From assembly GCA_046292385.1 (NCBI GenBank), contig JBKBRF010000029.1:30089-94088 (forward strand): a DNA stretch of 64,000 nucleotides, read 5' to 3'. The DNA comes from Armatimonadota bacterium. Its GTDB lineage: Bacteria > Armatimonadota > SYMT01. The notes under the pieces were generated by a model. It saw only the letters and a list, made by a program, of their open reading frames with translations, searched no databases and was not told the origin of the DNA. Position numbers and translations under genes: made by a program. Shown here piece by piece: positions 8,996 to 18,842 of this stretch. Numbering within the stretch: position 1 is the stretch's first letter; each line of letters begins with the position of its first letter.

Positions 8996-9535
8996 TCATT
9001 CTCCGGCGGAGTGAAGCACCCCGATGTACGGCAGCCCCCGGTAGAGCTGCGCGTAGTCGAGGCCGTAGCCGACGACGAACGCCTCCGGGATCGAGAAGCC
9101 GACGTACCGCGCCTGTACCTCCACCTTCCGCGCCAGCGGCTTGTCGAGCAGCGCGCAGACCTCGATCGAGGCGACGCCGCGGTTGCGCAGCAGGCTGGTG
9201 AGGTAGTTGATCGTGAGCCCGGTGTCGATGATGTCTTCCACCACCAGCACGTGACGGCCTTCCACCCCATCTTCCAGGTCTTTCAACAGGCGCACCACGC
9301 CGGAAGAGCGGGTCTCCGCGCCGTAGCTGGAGATGGCGATGAAGTCGATCGAGGCCGGGATCCGCAGCGCCCGGAGCAGGTCCGCGGCGAAGACGGCGGC
9401 ACCGCGGAGCACCACTACCAGGTGGAGGGTGCGGCCGGCGTAGTCGCGGGAGATCTGCTCCCCCAGCTCGTGCACGCGGGCCGCGATCGCCTCCTCGGAG
9501 ATCAGCACCTCGCGGACATCTTCGTACGCGCTCAC
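8996..9535 (-). CDS. hpt: Hypoxanthine phosphoribosyltransferase
   Basis: VLVVEDIIDTGLT PRPP motif and FVVGYGLDY; probable GTG start just after the guaA stop. Confidence 0.95.
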   Translation of the reverse strand: MSAYEDVREVLISEEAIAARVHELGEQISRDYAGRTLHLVVVLRGAAVFAADLLRALRIPASIDFIAISSYGAETRSSGVVRLLKDLEDGVEGRHVLVVEDIIDTGLTINYLTSLLRNRGVASIEVCALLDKPLARKVEVQARYVGFSIPEAFVVGYGLDYAQLYRGLPYIGVLHSAGE

Positions 9536-9537
9536 GG

Positions 9538-11082
9538 TTACTCCCACTCGATCGTGCCGGGCGGCTTCGACGTGAGGTCGTAGACCAGCCGGGACAGCCC
9601 CGCCACCTCGTTGACCACGCGGTTGCTGATCCGCTCCAGCACCTCGTACGGGATGCGCGCCCAGTCCGCCGTCATGAAGTCTTCGGTGGTGACGGCGCGG
9701 AGCACGGCGTAGTGGCCGTAGGTCCGCTGGTCCCCCATCACGCCGACCGTGCGGTCGCTCGGGAGCACCACGAACGCCTGCGCGAGCTGACGGTAGAGGC
9801 CCGCCCGCTCCAGCTCTTCCATCGCGATGGCGTCTGCCTGGCGCAGCACCTCCAGCCGCTCCCAGGTCACCTCGCCCAGCACCCGCACCGCCAGGCCGGG
9901 GCCCGGGAACGGATGACGCCAGACCATCGAGGCGGGCAGCCCGAGCTGCTCGCCCAGCGCCCGGACCTCGTCCTTGAAAAGGAACCGCAGCGGCTCCACG
10001 AGCCCGAGCGCCATGTCCTCCGGAAGGCCGCCGACGTTGTGGTGGGTCTTGATCGTGGCCGCCTTGCCGGGCCCGCTCTCGATCACGTCCGGGTAGAGGG
10101 TGCCCTGGACCAGGTACTTCACGTCGCCCAGCCGGTTCGCTTCCTCTTCGAAGACACGGATGAACTCGGTGCCGATGATCTTCCGCTTCCGCTCCGGGTC
10201 GGTTACCCCGGCGAGCGCACTCAGGAACCGCTCCCGCGCGTCCACGTAGACGAGGGGGATGTGGAAGTGACCGGCAAAGGTATCCCGCACCCGCTCCGCC
10301 TCTCCCAGACGGAGGAGGCCGTGGTCGACGAAGATGCAGGTGAGCTGGTCGCCGATGGCGCGGTGGACCAGCGCGGCCGCGACCGAGCTATCGACCCCGC
10401 CGCTGAGGCCGCAGATAACGCGCCCGTCCCCCACCTGCGCCCGGATCGCTTCCACCGACTCGTTCAGGAAGTTCTCCATCGTCCAGGTCGGAGCGCAGCC
10501 GCACGCCTTCTCCAGGTAGTTGCGCAGGATCTCCTTGCCGTGCAGCGTGTGGGTTACTTCCGGGTGGAACTGGACGCCGTACAGCTTGCGATGCGGATCG
10601 GCCATCGCCGCCACCGGGGTGTTGCCCGTCGAAGCGACCACCTCGAAGCCGGGAGGAGGCGCCTCCACCCGGTCTCCATGGCTCATCCAGCAGATCGTCG
10701 GGTTATCGAGCCCGTGGAAGAGGATGTCGGGGTTCCGGACCTCCAGCTCGGCCTTGCCGTACTCCCGGCCGTGGCCACCCGGCACCACCTCGCCGCCGAG
10801 CTGGCGGGCCATGAGCTGCATGCCGTAGCAGATGCCGAGGATCGGCACGTTGAGATCGTAGACGGCGGGATCGACGGTCGGCGCGCCCTCTTCGTAGACG
10901 CTGGGCGGTCCGCCGCTGAAGACGAGGCCGGAGGGCCGCCGCGCGGCGATCTCCGCGATCGGCGTGTCGCACGGCAGGATCTCGCAGTAGACGTTGCACT
11001 CGCGGATGCGGCGCGCGATGAGCTGGCTGTACTGCGCGCCGAAGTCGAGGACGAGGACGCTTTGAGAAGGAGTGGTGGACAT
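9538..11082 (-). CDS. guaA: GMP synthase (glutamine-hydrolysing)
   Basis: [31 protein letters not shown] and C-terminal KPPGTIEWE. Confidence 0.98.
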   Translation of the reverse strand: MSTTPSQSVLVLDFGAQYSQLIARRIRECNVYCEILPCDTPIAEIAARRPSGLVFSGGPPSVYEEGAPTVDPAVYDLNVPILGICYGMQLMARQLGGEVVPGGHGREYGKAELEVRNPDILFHGLDNPTICWMSHGDRVEAPPPGFEVVASTGNTPVAAMADPHRKLYGVQFHPEVTHTLHGKEILRNYLEKACGCAPTWTMENFLNESVEAIRAQVGDGRVICGLSGGVDSSVAAALVHRAIGDQLTCIFVDHGLLRLGEAERVRDTFAGHFHIPLVYVDARERFLSALAGVTDPERKRKIIGTEFIRVFEEEANRLGDVKYLVQGTLYPDVIESGPGKAATIKTHHNVGGLPEDMALGLVEPLRFLFKDEVRALGEQLGLPASMVWRHPFPGPGLAVRVLGEVTWERLEVLRQADAIAMEELERAGLYRQLAQAFVVLPSDRTVGVMGDQRTYGHYAVLRAVTTEDFMTADWARIPYEVLERISNRVVNEVAGLSRLVYDLTSKPPGTIEWE

Positions 11083-11119
11083 AGCGCAAAGGAGTCCCCG
11101 CACGGCGGGCGAGGATAAG

Positions 11120-12286
11120 CTATCTTAACGCGTCCGCCACGCGCGCGACGCGAGCCATTTCCCGGACGTCGTGCACCCGCACGGCCGCGGCGCCCGCGGC
11201 GATCGAGTGGGAGACGGTGGCGGCGGTGCCCTCCAGCCGGTCCGATGCCGGAAGGCCGCCGAGGAGGTGCCCGATGGTGCTCTTGCGGGAAGTGCCGACG
11301 AGAATCGGCAGTCCGGCGGCGGTGTACTCGCGGAGCCGGCGGAGCAGCTCGATGTTCTGCGGCGGGGTCTTGCCGAATCCGAAGCCGGGGTCGAGCCACA
11401 GGCTCTCCGCCGGGATGCCCGCCTCCAACGCCCGCCCAACCTGGGCGCGAAGCCAGCTCAGGGTATCCGCCACCACGTCGTCGTAGACCGGCCGGCCCTC
11501 CGGATCGTACTGGTGGGAGTAGACTTCCGCCCCCGGTCGCTTGCGGCTGTGCATCAGCACCAGGGTGGTGCCGGGGTGCGCGGCCACTACGTACGCCAGC
11601 TCCGGATCGTGGGTGAGGCCGCTCACGTCGTTCACCCAGTCCGCCCCCGCTTCCAGGCAGGCCTCCGCGACGGCGCTCTTGCGGGTGTCGATCGAGATCA
11701 GCGCGTTCGTCGCCTCCCGCAGCCGCTCCACCACCGGAAGGACGCGCTGCAGCTCGGCCTCGACCGAGATCTCCTCCGCCCCCGGCCGCGTCGATTCGCC
11801 GCCGATGTCGATGATGTCCGCCCCTTCTTCCACCATCCGCAGCGCGCCCTCCACCGCGGCGCGGGCGGACGGCCACTGACCTCCGTCGCTGAAGCTGTCC
11901 GGCGTCACGTTCAGAATGCCCATCACCAGCGTGCGCTCGCGCCGGTAGAGAGAGGCCTCGAACGCCGAGCAGGCCGCCCGCAGCTCCGTTCCCAGGTGCG
12001 GCGCGTCCCCCGCCAGCAGGCTGCCGGAGAGATCGAAGAGCTGGGCTGGGCTGCCGCTGATCCGCACGCGGGTCTCGTGGCGGGCCGTATCGACCTCCGC
12101 CGACTCCGCCGCTTCGCCCAGCGCCTCCCGCTCCGAGCTCGTGAGCGAGTCGAGGAGGGCGGTCCACGCTCCCCGTGGCGGCGGCACGCTCCCGCCCATC
12201 CACGCTGCCGCCGCCACCGCGCTTGCCGTGTGCCCCGCCGCGAAGAGGCGGAGGTTCAGGTGCGGATTGAGGGCGGTGGAGGGCAC
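11120..12286 (-). CDS. folP: Dihydropteroate synthase with N-terminal extension
   Basis: [39 protein letters not shown] and RVHDV motifs. Confidence 0.95.
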   Translation of the reverse strand: MPSTALNPHLNLRLFAAGHTASAVAAAAWMGGSVPPPRGAWTALLDSLTSSEREALGEAAESAEVDTARHETRVRISGSPAQLFDLSGSLLAGDAPHLGTELRAACSAFEASLYRRERTLVMGILNVTPDSFSDGGQWPSARAAVEGALRMVEEGADIIDIGGESTRPGAEEISVEAELQRVLPVVERLREATNALISIDTRKSAVAEACLEAGADWVNDVSGLTHDPELAYVVAAHPGTTLVLMHSRKRPGAEVYSHQYDPEGRPVYDDVVADTLSWLRAQVGRALEAGIPAESLWLDPGFGFGKTPPQNIELLRRLREYTAAGLPILVGTSRKSTIGHLLGGLPASDRLEGTAATVSHSIAAGAAAVRVHDVREMARVARVADALR

Positions 12287-12292
12287 GTTGGG

Positions 12293-12323
12293 AGGGATGA
12301 GGGCGGAAGGATGAGGGGATGAA
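12293..12323. repeat. Degenerate heptamer array (GGATGAG/GGATGAA)
   Basis: AGGGATGAGGGCGGAAGGATGAGGGGATGAA; same family in reverse orientation at 26269-26298. Confidence 0.6.
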
Positions 12324-12407
12324 TTCGAGCCGTTCGTGAACGGTACGGCGTGCCGCTGTCGCCCCGGGCGAGCCCGGCGCGCGATGGTCTACACCTGGCC
12401 CCTACCC

Positions 12408-13643
12408 CTAATGATAGTGAGTGGGTCTCTGGGAGCCGGTGCAGCTCGCGATGGCGTCGATGTCGAGCGACTGCAGCATCGCCAGGCCGATCTCGCTCAG
12501 GAAGAAGCGCCGCTCCTCCGTGGCGGTGGCGGCATTGCGGCGCAGCTTGGCGCGGAAGACCGGATCTTCGGAGGCGAGGAGGATGATCTGCCGGATCTGA
12601 TGGCTGTCCATCGATTCGATCGCCTGGCGCGCCTCGTCGGCCATCTCGCTTTCGGGGGCGAGGGTGGTGACCCGCAGGAACTCGCCGGTCGCCTCGCGCA
12701 GCATCCCCTGCTGCTGGAAGAGCACCGCCTTCTTGAAGTGGTGGCTCGGGTCGAGCGGGTTGAGCGCCACCATTTGGTCCGCCATCCGCAGCGCCTCACT
12801 CACCCGCCCCTGCTGAAGGTAGGCGACTCCCAGCAGGTCGCGGGCGGCCAGGCTCTTGCTGCTGCAGCGGAGGAGCCGCCGCGCGTACTCGATCGCGGCG
12901 TCGGCATCTCCCAGCTCCAGCATCACCTCGGAGGCCGATTCGAGGAGGTCCGCGTTCTCCGGATCGAGCCGGAGGCCCTGGCGGAGGACCGTTCCGGCCT
13001 CCTCGGAGCGGCGCGTCTCGCGCAGCAGGGAAGCGAGGCTGAAGTAGTAGTCGACGCGCTGGGGGCAGAGCTGGATGGCGCGGGCCATCGCGCGCACGGC
13101 GTCGTCCATGCGGCCGGCACGCGCCAGGCTGACCGCCAGCTCCACGTGGGCCACGTCGTACGAGGGATCGCAGCGCACCGCCAGCGAGCACTCGGCAATC
13201 GCCTGCTCGACCTGGTCTTCCTGGAGGAAGAAGTAGCCGAGCGCCTTATGGGCCTTGGCGCTGTCCGGGTTGTGTGAGATCGCCTTCTCCAGCGCGGCGC
13301 GGGCCTGGTCGCGCTCCCCGCGGAGATTCATGATGTAGGCAAGCTCGCACAGCGCCTCCGGGTTGGTCGGCTCCATGGCCAGCACCACGTCGAGCTCCCG
13401 CAGCGCCCGCTCCAGGTCCCCCTGCTCCACAAAGCAGTAGCAGAGCCCGAGCCGCGCCTGCGCTACCAGCGGGTTCTGCTCCTCCGGCGTGTTCACGGCG
13501 GTCCCGCGGGAGCGGCGCACCCGGGCGAAGGCGAGGCGCCGGAAGAGACAGGCGGCGTCGTGGGTATTGCCATCCTTCAAGAGCGCCTGTGCGTCGTGGT
13601 ACAGCCGCCAGAGGGATTTAAGCGTAAGTCGGGTGGATTGCAT
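12408..13643 (-). CDS. Tetratricopeptide repeat protein
   Basis: Multiple TPR units (PTNPEALCELA, PDSAKAHKALG, PENADLL, PLDPSHHFKKA); start uncertain. Confidence 0.88.
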   Translation of the reverse strand: MQSTRLTLKSLWRLYHDAQALLKDGNTHDAACLFRRLAFARVRRSRGTAVNTPEEQNPLVAQARLGLCYCFVEQGDLERALRELDVVLAMEPTNPEALCELAYIMNLRGERDQARAALEKAISHNPDSAKAHKALGYFFLQEDQVEQAIAECSLAVRCDPSYDVAHVELAVSLARAGRMDDAVRAMARAIQLCPQRVDYYFSLASLLRETRRSEEAGTVLRQGLRLDPENADLLESASEVMLELGDADAAIEYARRLLRCSSKSLAARDLLGVAYLQQGRVSEALRMADQMVALNPLDPSHHFKKAVLFQQQGMLREATGEFLRVTTLAPESEMADEARQAIESMDSHQIRQIILLASEDPVFRAKLRRNAATATEERRFFLSEIGLAMLQSLDIDAIASCTGSQRPTHYH

Positions 13644-13685
13644 GCCTGGACGCCGGGACGCAAAAGCGTTAGCTCTCGGTCGATA

Positions 13686-13714
13686 CATATAACATGAGCC
13701 CATGCGCGTGTCAA
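13686..13714 (-). promoter_or_regulatory. Sigma70-type promoter for the TPR gene
   Basis: Minus strand TTGACA-17 nt-TATATG. Confidence 0.55.
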
Positions 13715-13918
13715 AGAGACGGCGCCGCCGCCGCACGCGTCATGTATCAGTGCAGAGCAGGAGTTCTGCCCCCGTTTGGGGAAGCGATCACAATCCGCTC
13801 CTCGTTCAGTATGCCCGGACTTCGGCCGCGTAACCTGCGCGTGGGAGCGGCGTTATAGAGGTAGAGCGCCGGCAGACCTGCCGGCCCTCTCCTGTCTTCG
13901 CGGATCAGGCACCTACCC

Positions 13919-15967
13919 ATGCGCGTGTTGTCCCACCGCTTCATCCGGCACGCCCGGCCGGCCGTCATCGCTGCTGCCGCGCTCGCCGTAGTGCCGCTCC
14001 TGGCCCCGAGCCCGGCGGCGGCGCAGGCCACCGTCACCGCGGAAGCCGGCCTGGGCGGCTACGGTCGCCCTCAGTCCTGGCTGCCGGTGCGGGCGGTGCT
14101 GACGAACCAGGGCGCTGCCGCGCGGGTCGGTGTCAGCGCCCGGTACGCCAGCGGGCGGGACGGCGGCGTGCACGCGGTGCTGCCGGAGCGGCAGCTCTCC
14201 AGCGGGGCGAACGAGGCGCACGTTCTCTACCTGAAGGAGCCGCAGAACTGGGGTGCGCAGGAGGTGGCGGTCGACTACCGGATCGAGGGCCGCTCGCAGC
14301 CGCCGGTGCGCCTGCAGCTCAACTGGGTAAACGATGCGGACTGGCTGGTCGCCGGCATCGGCGAGAACGCGCCGGTCCTCCAGTCGCTGGCCGTCGCGAA
14401 CGTGCCGGCTAACCCGCGGGCTGCCTTCCGCGGCTCCTGGCAGCCGCCGAACCAGAGTTCCCGCGCCCACGTGGCGATCCTCGAGGCGTCGAAGGTGCCG
14501 GACCGCGGCCAGGGCCTGGCCGCCGCCGACCTCGTCTACCTCGGCAGCGTGGGCGAGCGGGAGCTGACGCCGGAGCAGGTAGCGGCGCTGCGGCAGTACG
14601 CGCTTTCCGGCGGCAACCTGGTGATCGGCGGAGGCCTCAACTGGCAGCGACTCAGCTCGGAGCTCTACCAGGATCTCCTCCCGGTCCGGGTGACCGGCTC
14701 CCATACCGCCAGCAGCGCCCCACAGCTCGGCACGCTGGCGGGAGCGACGGCACCCTCAGGCACGACCTTCGCCGTGGCGACCGCCCAGCCGAAGCCCGGC
14801 GCGAAGACGCTGGCGCACGATGCCGCGGGGCGCCCGCTGGTGGTGACCGGCGCCTACGGTGCGGGGCAGGTGATCTTCCTCGCCTATGACCCGGGCACCT
14901 CGCCGTTCCGGGAGTGGAACGGCGCCGGAGCTCTCTGGAGCAAGCTGCTCCAATCCCGGCCGTCTCCCGGACTGGTCGAGGCGATCGAGGCGGGAGAGAA
15001 CCGCTACGACGCGGGCTACGCGATGCAGACGGGGCGGGCCGGCGGCCTGCAGCTGTCGGATGCGCCGTTCGCGATCTCCCAGCTCGACATCCCATCGTTC
15101 TACCTGGTGGCGCTCTTCCTGGTCGCCTACATCGTCTGCCTGGTGCCGGTGAACTACTTCTTCCTGAAAAGCCGGGACAAGAAGGAATACGCCTGGCTCA
15201 CTACCCCGCTGATCGTGCTCGTCTTCTCGGTCGGCGCCTACATGATCGGCTACGGCTACAAAGGCGGGCGGACGCTCGTTTCAAAGGTCGCCGTCATCGA
15301 GGCGCGAGTGGGCGAGGCGGGCGCTCCGGCGGTCTCCTACGCCGGGCTTTTCTCCCCGCGCAAGACGACGTACGACATCCAGCTCGCCTCGAGCGGCGCC
15401 GCCGGAGAGGCGGCCGCGGGGGTCCTCCTCTCAGAGCCGGCGAGCGGTGCCGACACCTCCGACCTCCGGCTGGCGCTGGGCGATACGGTCCGGTTGGAAG
15501 ACCTGCCGGTCGACATGTGGGCGATGCGCGTGGTGAAGGCGGAAGGGGTCACCTCGCTCGGCGAAGGCTTCAGCGTGGAGTGGCAGGGCGTGCCGGGGAA
15601 GAGTGCCGGGACGCTGCGGAACGGCAGCCCCTATACGCTGACCGACGCGCAGATCGTGCTGGACGGCGTGGCGCTCCCCCTGCCGGAGCTGGCTCCCGGC
15701 GCGACGGTCGAGTTCCAGCGGCCGAGCACCGCCACCGCCGGTCAGGCCTCCGTGCCCGGCACGGTGACCGAAAAGATCAGCGGCTCCCCGGACGAGCGAC
15801 GGATGAAGGAGGCGGTGCTGGAGCGGATCCAGGGCGCCTCCGTGCTGAGCGAAGGCACCCCCTTCGTGCTCGGCTGGGTCCGAGAGCCGGTGTTGCCGCT
15901 GCTGGTAGACGGCAGCCGCCCCAACGAGCAGTCCGCTTCCCTGCTGCTCCTCCGGCTTACACCTTGA
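13919..15967 (+). CDS. Large exported, membrane-anchored ABC-associated protein (class I glutamine-amidotransferase-like fold, TM hairpin)
   Basis: Signal peptide; ALRQYALSGGNLVIGGG, GAGQVIFL; FLVAYIVCLVPVNYFFL...AWLTTP membrane hairpin. Confidence 0.75.
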   Translation: MRVLSHRFIRHARPAVIAAAALAVVPLLAPSPAAAQATVTAEAGLGGYGRPQSWLPVRAVLTNQGAAARVGVSARYASGRDGGVHAVLPERQLSSGANEAHVLYLKEPQNWGAQEVAVDYRIEGRSQPPVRLQLNWVNDADWLVAGIGENAPVLQSLAVANVPANPRAAFRGSWQPPNQSSRAHVAILEASKVPDRGQGLAAADLVYLGSVGERELTPEQVAALRQYALSGGNLVIGGGLNWQRLSSELYQDLLPVRVTGSHTASSAPQLGTLAGATAPSGTTFAVATAQPKPGAKTLAHDAAGRPLVVTGAYGAGQVIFLAYDPGTSPFREWNGAGALWSKLLQSRPSPGLVEAIEAGENRYDAGYAMQTGRAGGLQLSDAPFAISQLDIPSFYLVALFLVAYIVCLVPVNYFFLKSRDKKEYAWLTTPLIVLVFSVGAYMIGYGYKGGRTLVSKVAVIEARVGEAGAPAVSYAGLFSPRKTTYDIQLASSGAAGEAAAGVLLSEPASGADTSDLRLALGDTVRLEDLPVDMWAMRVVKAEGVTSLGEGFSVEWQGVPGKSAGTLRNGSPYTLTDAQIVLDGVALPLPELAPGATVEFQRPSTATAGQASVPGTVTEKISGSPDERRMKEAVLERIQGASVLSEGTPFVLGWVREPVLPLLVDGSRPNEQSASLLLLRLTP

Positions 15968-16000
15968 GACGGAGAGACAGAGGGACGGAGAGACAGAGAG
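15966..16000. repeat. Octamer tandem array (GAGACGGA/GAGACAGA)
   Basis: GAGACGGA GAGACAGA GGGACGGA GAGACAGA GAG. Confidence 0.75.
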
Positions 16001-16076
16001 CGTTTGCGCCGGCAGGCTGAACTCTTGATGACCGCGCGTGCCGCCGTGCGGAGAGTAGCGAGCTCACCGCGCGGCA

Positions 16077-16111
16077 ACCCTAGACCCTAGACCCTAGACC
16101 CTAGACCCTAG
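16077..16111. repeat. Perfect heptamer tandem repeat (ACCCTAG)x5
   Basis: Five exact copies ending 20 nt upstream of the ABC ATPase start. Confidence 0.95.
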
Positions 16112-16131
16112 ACTAGAAAGCGAAGATTCCC

Positions 16132-17064
16132 GTGGTCGACATCCAGCACCTTCGGAAGGAATACAGCAACAACCTGGTCGCCGTGAAGGACCTCTCCCTT
16201 CAGCTCGACCGCGGCGACATCTTCGGCTTCATCGGCCCGAACGGCGCCGGGAAGACGACGACGATCAAGATGCTCGCCACGCTGCTGCGGCCGACCTCCG
16301 GCCGGGCGTTCATCGACGGTGTCGACGTGACCCGCGAGCCGGAGCGCGTGCGCGGGATCATCGGCTACATGCCGGACAACTTCGGGGTCTACGACGACAT
16401 CAAGGTCTGGGAGTACCTCGACTTCTTCGCCGCGGCCTACAAGATCCCGCGGGACAAGCGCCCGCGCATCATCGACGACGTGCTGGAGCTGACCGACCTC
16501 ACCGTGAAGAAGGACAGCTACGTGGAGGAGCTCTCCCGGGGCATGAAGCAGCGTCTCTGCCTGGCGAAGACGCTGGTCCACGATCCGCAGGTGCTGCTGC
16601 TGGACGAGCCGGCCTCCGGTCTCGATCCCCGCGCGCGGATCGAGATCAAGGAGCTTCTGAAGGAGCTCAAGAGCATGGGGAAGACGATCATCATCTCCAG
16701 CCACATCCTTCCGGAGCTCGCCGACTTCTGCAACAAGATCGGCATCATCGAGCAGGGCGAGCTGATCGTCAGCGGCGACGTCACCGAGATCATGCGCCAG
16801 GTGACCGGCGGCCACGTGCTCGATATCCGGGTGGTGGCGGACGATCTCGAGCGCGCGCAGGAGGTGCTGAGCGGCATCGCCTCGGTGCGCGGCGCCCGCG
16901 TAGTGGACGGCGACCTGAAAGTCGACTACGTCGGCGAGCCGGACCGGTCGCACGAGGTGCTGACGACGCTGGTAACCTCGGGCATCCGGGTGCGGGCGTT
17001 CGTCGAGGAGCAGACCGACCTGGAGGACATCTTCATGAAGGTCACCCGCGGCGTGGTCAGCTAG
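16132..17064 (+). CDS. ABC transporter ATP-binding protein (ABC-2/DrrA-like)
   Basis: GPNGAGKT, LSRGMKQR, LLLDEP, SSH. Confidence 0.95.
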   Translation: MVDIQHLRKEYSNNLVAVKDLSLQLDRGDIFGFIGPNGAGKTTTIKMLATLLRPTSGRAFIDGVDVTREPERVRGIIGYMPDNFGVYDDIKVWEYLDFFAAAYKIPRDKRPRIIDDVLELTDLTVKKDSYVEELSRGMKQRLCLAKTLVHDPQVLLLDEPASGLDPRARIEIKELLKELKSMGKTIIISSHILPELADFCNKIGIIEQGELIVSGDVTEIMRQVTGGHVLDIRVVADDLERAQEVLSGIASVRGARVVDGDLKVDYVGEPDRSHEVLTTLVTSGIRVRAFVEEQTDLEDIFMKVTRGVVS

Positions 17065-17080
17065 GAGAGAAGACCCCGGT

Positions 17081-18841
17081 ATGAACGACTCCGTCACCCG
17101 CGAGCCGGAAGGCGCTCTCTCCGGCGCCGGCGCGTCTGCCGGCCCGCGGGTGCGCTCCGCCCGAGAGCTGATCCGCCTGCTCGCGTTCTCCACGTTCGAC
17201 AACCCGGTCCTGGTGAAGGAGCTCCGGACGCGCATGCGCGGGGCGCGGGCATACTGGCTGATGCTTGGCTACACCCTCTTCCTGGCGGGCGTGCTGGGCC
17301 TGATGTACTTCACCATGGAGGCGGAGGCGGCTCAGGGCCGGGGCGGGCTCGGCGGAGGGGTCACGCCGGAGGCCGCGCGAGACCTGGGCCGGACGATGTA
17401 CCTCTTCGTCTTCATCGCCCAGGCGGTGATGGTGGCGCTGATTACGCCTGCGCTCACTTCCGGTGCCATCACGATCGAGCGAGAGCAGCGCTCCTACGAG
17501 CTGCTCTCAACCACCCCGCTGAAGCCGGGCGACGTGGTCCGCGGAAAGCTGATTGCCAGCGTCTCGTTCGTGGTCTTGCTGCTCACCGCGTCGCTGCCGC
17601 TGGTGAGCGTCTCCTTTCTGGTAGGCGGCGTCTCCCCCGCGGAGATCGCCTCCAGCTACGCCATCGTGGCGCTCAGCGCGTTCGTCTACGGCGCCATCGG
17701 CCTCTTCTGGTCCGCCACGCTGGCGACCACCGCCGTGGCGACCGTCCTCACTTACCTTTCCGTCCTCTCGTTCTTCGTGCTGACGGTGGTGCCCGGCTCG
17801 ATCGCGGCTTCGATAGCGATGGGAACCGGGGCGGGCACGCCGGAGATACCGTTCAAGAGCCTGAACCCGCTTACCGCCGCCTTCCAGGCGGTCCATCCGG
17901 AATACCTGTTCCAGACACAGCTTCCGAGCTGGGTCTCCGGCGTGGTGATGAACCTGCTGCTGGGGCTTACCATCACCACGGCGGCGATGCACCGCCTGGA
18001 GCACTTCTATCCGCCGAGGGCGCTCTGGGTGCGCCTCTTCGCCACCCTCACCTGGTGCGCCGGCTGGATCTTCTTCCTCGGAGCGATCAACGGCTCCACC
18101 GCCTTCATCGGCTTCCAGGGCACGGTCGCGGCCGCCCTCGCGCAGGTGTTGATGGTGGTGCTCACCGGGGTCGCGGCGGTGGCCCCCGTCTTCAACACGG
18201 GAGAGCTGGTCGTGCGGCGCGGCGAAAGCGCGCTCGGCCGCTACTTCGCCGGCTGGCTGCCGCACCGGCTGTTCCGCGACGATCTCTCCTGCGGACTGCC
18301 CCTGTTGACCTGGTGGACCCTCGCGGCCGCCGGCCTGGCGCTCGCGGGGCTCTGGCTCAGCGGCCACTCGATCGACGCGTCGGTCTTCTCGCACTGGCTC
18401 CGCGGCGTGTTCGTGATCTTCTCCGTGCTCCTGGGCCTCGTCGGCCTGGGGAACCTGCTCTCGGTGGTGCTTCCCAGCCGCTGGGCGGCTTGCGTGTTGA
18501 CCTACCTGGGGGCCGTCCTCTCGATGGTGCTCCCGTACTTCGCCCTGGTCCCCTACCAGGGGCTCTGGTCCGCCACCACCCGCCTGGAGCCGGTGCTGCA
18601 GGTGCTCTACCTCTCCCCGTTCGAAGCGCTCCGGGAGATCGGCGACCCCGCCGGCTTCTGGAGCGGGCACCCGGTGATGGCGTTCGGCCGCGCGGTGCCG
18701 TTCTGGGTCGTCACCAGCGTCCTCCACCTGCTGGGTGCCGCCCTCTTCTTCGCGCTCACGCTGGTGCTGATCCGGCGGGCGGAGCAGTCGCTCGGCGCCC
18801 GGCCCGCCGCCGTGGGGACCATCGCCGGACAGGAGGTGTGA
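17081..18841 (+). CDS. ABC-2 type permease (long form)
   Basis: NPVLVKELRTRMRG, GAITIEREQRSYELL, GKL; many TM helices. Confidence 0.88.
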   Translation: MNDSVTREPEGALSGAGASAGPRVRSARELIRLLAFSTFDNPVLVKELRTRMRGARAYWLMLGYTLFLAGVLGLMYFTMEAEAAQGRGGLGGGVTPEAARDLGRTMYLFVFIAQAVMVALITPALTSGAITIEREQRSYELLSTTPLKPGDVVRGKLIASVSFVVLLLTASLPLVSVSFLVGGVSPAEIASSYAIVALSAFVYGAIGLFWSATLATTAVATVLTYLSVLSFFVLTVVPGSIAASIAMGTGAGTPEIPFKSLNPLTAAFQAVHPEYLFQTQLPSWVSGVVMNLLLGLTITTAAMHRLEHFYPPRALWVRLFATLTWCAGWIFFLGAINGSTAFIGFQGTVAAALAQVLMVVLTGVAAVAPVFNTGELVVRRGESALGRYFAGWLPHRLFRDDLSCGLPLLTWWTLAAAGLALAGLWLSGHSIDASVFSHWLRGVFVIFSVLLGLVGLGNLLSVVLPSRWAACVLTYLGAVLSMVLPYFALVPYQGLWSATTRLEPVLQVLYLSPFEALREIGDPAGFWSGHPVMAFGRAVPFWVVTSVLHLLGAALFFALTLVLIRRAEQSLGARPAAVGTIAGQEV

Positions 18842-18842
18842 C

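Noticed and set aside
13655..13667. GGGACGCAAAAGC resembling a c-di-GMP-I riboswitch core
   Set aside because: No upstream GGCAAA/GAAA-tetraloop stem or downstream receptor stem
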